A stretch of DNA of 63,539 nucleotides, counting the filler, from Vannella sp. (taxonomy: Eukaryota), in assembly GCA_023345925.1 (NCBI GenBank). It is 7 parts of 7 records of this genome, joined end to end, with 100 filler letters (N's around TTAATTAATTAA, not from the genome) between each part and the next. Parts side by side here need not be neighbours in the genome. Positions count along the whole stretch, not along the records: positions 48,896 to 59,756 come from JAJQQN010001005.1; positions 59,857 to 63,539 come from JAJQQN010000136.1; 5 more parts are not named here. The stretch is one strand, 5' to 3'. How positions within the stretch are numbered: the stretch's first letter is position 1; every line of letters begins with the position of its first letter. Shown here piece by piece: positions 58,820 to 63,539 of the stretch. The notes below the pieces were generated by a model. The model was not told where the DNA came from. It worked only from the letters and a program-made list of their open reading frames with translations, and ran no database searches. The position numbers were made by a program, and so were the translations under genes.

Positions 58820-59756
58820 TTACTTCTTACCACCAACACGGTAGCTGCCAATGACAACGGCGTGGTCTCGCTCGTAGGGTTCCAGAGTGACCTGCTCCTT
58901 GGGCTTGAATCGTTCCTTCTTCAGCTTATCGACCTCAGTTGCGAACACAGCCTCGGGGGATACGGTAGAGTCAATGCATGAGGCCTTGATGGAGATGATG
59001 AAGTGGCCTTCGTTCTTCAGGAAGTATTGGGCGTTCAGTGCTACAATACGGGCTTGATCGGGTTGGGCAACATCAGCGAAAATAACGTCGACCATGCCAA
59101 CCAGCATTCGGTACTTTTGAGGGTGACGCGCATCCTCAACAATGGGGATAATGTTTGTTCGCTTCTTTGCAAGGTTGATGAGATCTCGTCCAGATCGGTG
59201 AGAGAACTCGACAGCATAGACAACACCCTCCTGTTATGCCTTGTGAGAACTGATTCAAGCCCAAGGATCAGGAAAATGTAGAACAAACATACAGGGCCAA
59301 CAATGTCTGAGCAATGAGATACGGTGGTTCCGTTGGCAGCACCGAGGTACAGTAATTTACAGCCGGGCTTGACGTGGATGTCGTTCACTCCTCCCAAGAC
59401 GGCAGCGGCCAACTTGGATCTGAAGGGGTTCCACACTCGGTATTCGATCTTTTCTGTCTCTGATACCTAGGTCTGTTTGTTAGACCATAGTCCTTAGGGA
59501 TCGAATCACCTACGTCAACAGAGATCCTCTTCTCTCCATAAACTGATTCTCCAGGTACCATATTCTTGGTAAGAAGGGCATCTTCCTTGCCCTTTGCAAT
59601 GAAGATTCCCTCGTGTCTGTGTCGCTCAACGATGACCTTGGCGCCGCCTCGGGCTCCACCTCGAGGAGCACCTCCGCGTCCCCTTGAACCACCTCGATCA
59701 CCACCACGTCCGCGTGATCCACCACGTCCTCGATCGCCACCGCCGAACCCTCGTCC
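58820..59756 (-). CDS. FBL: Fibrillarin (rRNA 2'-O-methyltransferase), 5'-partial
   Basis: RGG/GAR region; motifs [46 protein letters not shown]. Confidence 0.97.
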
Positions 59757-59856
59757 NNNNNNNNNNNNNNNNNNNNNNNNNNNNNNNNNNNNNNNNNNNN
59801 TTAATTAATTAANNNNNNNNNNNNNNNNNNNNNNNNNNNNNNNNNNNNNNNNNNNN
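59757..59856. other. Artificial contig linker
   Basis: N-run with TTAATTAATTAA core. Confidence 0.99.
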
Positions 59857-60438
59857 CGTTTTCCTCTTTTGCCCTGGTATCTTCCCAATCCTGTGCCATG
59901 TGCGGGAAAACGCGCGTTTCAGCCGAGAGATCGGTCACAGTGACCGTGCTGGATGGGTTGCAAATCTTCTCGGGGTCTCAACTGCATATCTTGATCTGAG
60001 AATGTCCGGAATGATTAAAGTCAAGTGATCCGGAATCTGTTCTCACCTTCGTTCGCTTTCTGACTTTCCTTTCCAACACAATCAACCACTGGAACCGCAT
60101 ACTCAGAATCGAGTACTACGAGGTCGGTCTCCATTGAAGATCATCCCGAGTTGGACCCACGCCCTACTCCTGACTGATCAGAGTCTTCAATCGGTGGAAG
60201 GAGATCTATCACATACAGGGGATCTATCATAGTTGTGCCGATGTACAGTAAGTGACGGAGGGCCTTCTCCGCCAGCATCTCACCGAGGTTAACATGAGCA
60301 GGAGGCTCACACATACACATGATATCTCTACAATAAATGATATGGTCCTTAGACCAGGAAAAAACTTGCTGTGGACGCTTGTTATCCTTCAAACTTATCT
60401 ATTAGATTTGCCTTCCCCAAATACAATCAGGATCTAAG

Positions 60439-62025
60439 TTAGTCTGTGAGTTGACAGCGTTCCAAACGGCCAACTTGTTCAGGACGAAGGAAGCGAGGGA
60501 CTTTCCTTTGGGTGAAATTGACGAGACTTCCCGATTGTTCTAACTTGAACTGATGGAATGATCCCGGGCGGACCTGTCGTACCTCTACGGGTAAGATTTT
60601 CTGAGAACCCCGGGTACCGTTGTATAGAGAATTGGAAAGGCGCAGTCGCTCGTCGATTTCACTCGAAGAAGGTACTTCCAGTGATTTCACTTCCAGCCAG
60701 AAGGTGTATTGCCCGTGCCCTTCTGCCGTCAATCGCGTTGAAACAGCAAAATCCACAATTTCCGCAGAAGTGAACATCACTGCATCCAATAACTGCGCTT
60801 CAGTGACCTTTTCTCCAAAGAGACTCGCATTAGAGACTGATCTCCCCTCTAGTGCGATTAATGGGACTCCGTTAAAGCCATCGACGTCTAATGTCTTGAT
60901 AACGTCACCGAGGCGGTACCTGTAGAATCCATTGGAAGTGGTAATCACTACTTCGTAAGTCTTCCCGCGCTCCAGTTGCTCCACCCTCAGTGTCTGCCCA
61001 TCATGTTCTGGATATGGAAGGAACTCGTAGAAGAGGACGGGCAGCATCAGCTGATAAGCAGAACGGAAATCACGAGGGCGGACATTCACTCCCAAGATAC
61101 TCTCTGAACATGCATAGAAAGACGAGAAGATCACAATCTCCTCTCCCAAATACCGCTGCAGCGTTGGAACATAAACCTCCTGGGTTCCACCACATAGGCA
61201 AGTGACGTAACGAAGCTTTGGCCACAATTGCTGGGCCAAAGGTACCAAGGGTGCAGGAGAATCTCCAAAAATCTGTTCGATTTGACGACAACGCTCCTCA
61301 CTGCAAATCCGGCGGAGTTCATCTTGCAAGCGTTCTGTAGCTTCTCCTGATATTCCTAATTCGACAGATATCTTGCAATTGCGCATATCGCTCACAAGAG
61401 AGGCCCAGCGGCTCTCCATGACGGAGAACATTCCGATCACCGTATTGATGAACCCCGCAAAGATACAGCCCGTTTGATCGTTGCAAAGGGTGAACAGAGC
61501 TTGTACGTAAGTAGCTGCTGCAAAGTCTTCCGTAACATACGCGTCAGGAGGAGCTGTAAAGAGTGAAGGATAGAACTCTTCCATTTTTAGCAAACCAGGG
61601 AGCTGCGAGCTGCTCCCTGGAATGATAGGGAGACCGTGGGGAGTGAATCTCTCAGGATGCATGTTAGCCAACAGGCAGATCGGACGAGGGAGGAAGTCAG
61701 GGATCATCCCGCCCGTTCGGTCGACTGCCGCGCCTGCTGGAGAGGGTGGAGGAGCCAGTTTAGGGATCAACTTGGAGGTTCCTGTGGTACCAGATGTAGG
61801 CAAGTAACCCACAACAGTCCCGCAGGTTGTCAGCTTCTCCTCGTTCTCGTTAACCATCCGATCAATGAGTTCGCTGTAGTCCTCGTACGTGGTCAAAGGG
61901 ACACGCTTCTGGTACTCTTCCACACTAGAGATACACTCAAACTCCCACCTTTGCCCTAAAAGACAGCTCTTGTTGCTTTGAAGGATCCGCAAAAGCGTCC
62001 CTTCTTGCTGCTCACCCGCCGACAT
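60439..62025 (-). CDS. GH3-family acyl-acid amido synthetase (ANL adenylating enzyme), intronless
   Basis: Motifs VPLTTYEDY, TSGTTGTSKLIP, YACSE, FYEF, YEVVITTSNGFYRYRLGDVI, GEK, KVPR. Confidence 0.92.
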   Translation of the reverse strand: MSAGEQQEGTLLRILQSNKSCLLGQRWEFECISSVEEYQKRVPLTTYEDYSELIDRMVNENEEKLTTCGTVVGYLPTSGTTGTSKLIPKLAPPPSPAGAAVDRTGGMIPDFLPRPICLLANMHPERFTPHGLPIIPGSSSQLPGLLKMEEFYPSLFTAPPDAYVTEDFAAATYVQALFTLCNDQTGCIFAGFINTVIGMFSVMESRWASLVSDMRNCKISVELGISGEATERLQDELRRICSEERCRQIEQIFGDSPAPLVPLAQQLWPKLRYVTCLCGGTQEVYVPTLQRYLGEEIVIFSSFYACSESILGVNVRPRDFRSAYQLMLPVLFYEFLPYPEHDGQTLRVEQLERGKTYEVVITTSNGFYRYRLGDVIKTLDVDGFNGVPLIALEGRSVSNASLFGEKVTEAQLLDAVMFTSAEIVDFAVSTRLTAEGHGQYTFWLEVKSLEVPSSSEIDERLRLSNSLYNGTRGSQKILPVEVRQVRPGSFHQFKLEQSGSLVNFTQRKVPRFLRPEQVGRLERCQLTD

Positions 62026-62100
62026 CTCCAAATGCTGGAAACCGAGCAGGGATCATAAGATAAGTGGTCTAACCCTGTCCTTGGACCCACTCTGATGCCC

Positions 62101-62266
62101 AATCACACTCTTGCTCTGGACGAGAGTGGCGGCGTCTGGACCTGGGGATGAGGTCAAAGTGGACGATTGGGGACGAGAAACACTTCCAATCCGCCTCAAC
62201 CCGCTCTGGTCCCCTCGTTGAAAGGAATTAGCGCCATGGTTACTGGTGGGCAACATTCTTTAGACA
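62101..62266 (+). pseudogene. RCC1-repeat fragment with an in-frame TGA
   Basis: Translates as NHTLALDESGGVWTWG*GQSGRLG...ISAMVTGGQHSL. Confidence 0.75.
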
Positions 62267-62494
62267 CTAAGCATTGGCAAAACGAGTTTTGGAACCCTCT
62301 TCCCCTTGGATATGGATCATCCTCATCTCCAAAGGATGCTTATAGATCCCCACTAAGAGGAAATAGAAAAAAATGTTTCGCCTGCCGAGATGAACTTAAG
62401 ACACTTTCACGAGGAAGTCTCCTCAACCGTAGCCAGCCTACGTGTTGTAGATCGGTATATATCCTCTCCTTTCGTATGGTAATGGCAGATTGGC

Positions 62495-63085
62495 TCAACA
62501 TGCGAAGGAACCTAAAGCGGAGCGGGCACTCTTCTTCTTCTTGCGAGTGAAAGAAGGAGGGACAGCGGGGAGAAAGCAGTAGCCGCAAGCCACCTTTGTG
62601 ATTGCAGGGAGACCTTTCACTAGTTGAGGTGTACAACTCGCCCATATGGAGTGTTTCTCGCTCGTCCACACCGAAAGGCCGCCTTCGGTGTCAATGGCAG
62701 CGCTGTGAGTATGACCAGCAGCCACCATTGTAATGGTAGGTAGTTCTGATACTAGTTGGAAGGTAAGAGAGGGAGAGGAGCGAGAGCGGCCAGTCTCCCA
62801 CACACCGCCCTCCGCATCAAGAACGAGCGAGTGTTCGTGTCCCCAGTCTATCTGAACAGGCTGCGGGCCATTCCAGGGAACTTTCGCTGGTTCCAATTGT
62901 TCCCAACAAAGCTCGTTATCACCAATACCGAGTTGACCTGCGCTGTTCCATCCAAAAGCCCAAAGACCGCCTTCGAGGGAGTGGAGGAGCGTGTGGCTGC
63001 CCGAGGGCATCCAATGAATGGCGCAGGGATCACGTTTCTTCACACAAAGGAGCAGATCAACAGAGATTGCTTTTGGCGGTGCCAA
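62495..63085 (-). pseudogene. RCC1/BLIP-II repeat protein, probably decayed
   Basis: Motifs GLWAFGWNSAGQLG, GHEHSLVLDAEGGVW, AAGHTHSAAID, KVACG. Repeat similarity stops abruptly and no clean ATG start was found. Confidence 0.65.
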
Positions 63086-63539
63086 GTTAGGCTTGTTGAG
63101 AGTGTCTTGTGTTCGTTCAAGAAAGTGTACATCATCGAGGAGTGCATTCCTGCCATCGGTTCAGACGCATGTGGCTTGGCGTAGGGCAGAAGGACTCTCC
63201 ACTCGCTCAAAGCTCTTCAGGGATCCCATCGACCTTCTTGTATTCGAGCACTGTGTAGCTGAGTGGTATCACTGATCCTCTTCTTGGTATCGTCATGCCC
63301 CTTGTTAACCGAAGGTCCCCTTCATGCGTTCCTCGTGGTCAACAGCCTCACGAGATCACACGATTAGCGAGAGCGTGAGTATCTGCTGTTGTGCGAGCAA
63401 GCCCGCTACAACTACAAGCACTTGCAAACTCCCTCAAGCACTTGGTTTTGGCCAAAGCCAGCAACGGATGCTTCCTTTGCCCCTTTGCTGTACTCTAGTG
63501 GTCATCATTGATGATATGAACATCAAGCAATCATCTACC

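Noticed and set aside
12091..59856. Recurrent TTAATTAATTAA palindrome within N-runs as a biological repeat
   Set aside because: It is an identical 100-nt six-frame-stop spacer used to concatenate contigs; gene neighbourhoods across it carry no information.
60005..60066. Possible C/D-box snoRNA (ATGATTA...CTGA)
   Set aside because: Box C is imperfect, I recognise no rRNA complement, and the opposite strand looks like a GT-AG intron of a decayed gene.
62149..62151. In-frame TGA as Trp or selenocysteine recoding
   Set aside because: TGA terminates JMJD4, PP2C, APIP, SPY and RapGAP normally, and TGG is used for Trp; a pseudogene is the simpler explanation.
67..63275. Numerous antisense or alternate-frame ORFs (e.g. 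21278-22024, 35279-35884, 45046-45705, 54319-55362)
   Set aside because: They are shadows of well-supported genes on the other strand or frame; the poly-Ser tracts mirror acidic codons.
1..63539. CRISPR arrays, tRNA/rRNA genes, transposases, viral hallmark genes
   Set aside because: None were recognisable by eye; a covariance-model search was not possible.

Overview
Eukaryotic nuclear DNA made of 7 contigs (1-12090, 12191-17769, 17870-22675, 22776-42168, 42269-48795, 48896-59756, 59857-63539) joined by artificial N-run/TTAATTAATTAA linkers, so adjacency across a linker means nothing. The genome is very compact, with intergenic gaps often under 100 bp and short (~42-67 nt) spliceosomal introns, and it uses the standard code. 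A Dictyostelium-type STAT together with SPINDLY, PAH and an HMG-less SSRP1 suggests an amoebozoan-like protist (inference). About 35 genes can be modelled. They include RRP5, JMJD4, PsuG, PP2C, NADAR, MFSD11/UNC93, STAT, PAH, APIP, RasGEF, cyclophilin, PSMD3, SSRP1, BUD13, SPY, CDK8, a GH47 mannosidase, RapGAP, a centrin-like protein, HPRT, fibrillarin and a GH3 protein. The most interesting items are: (1) an apparently inactive ABHD17-like hydrolase fused to a putative permuted-papain (His...NCQ) domain; (2) an intron-split atypical E2F-like winged-helix protein ending 8 nt before HPRT; (3) an apparent GG-AG intron in NADAR; (4) a bacterial-type SH3b repeat protein; (5) a PX-lipase and a SPY with altered active-site motifs; (6) an intronless GH3 gene among decayed RCC1 repeats. 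All family calls come from motif recognition by eye; no searches were run.
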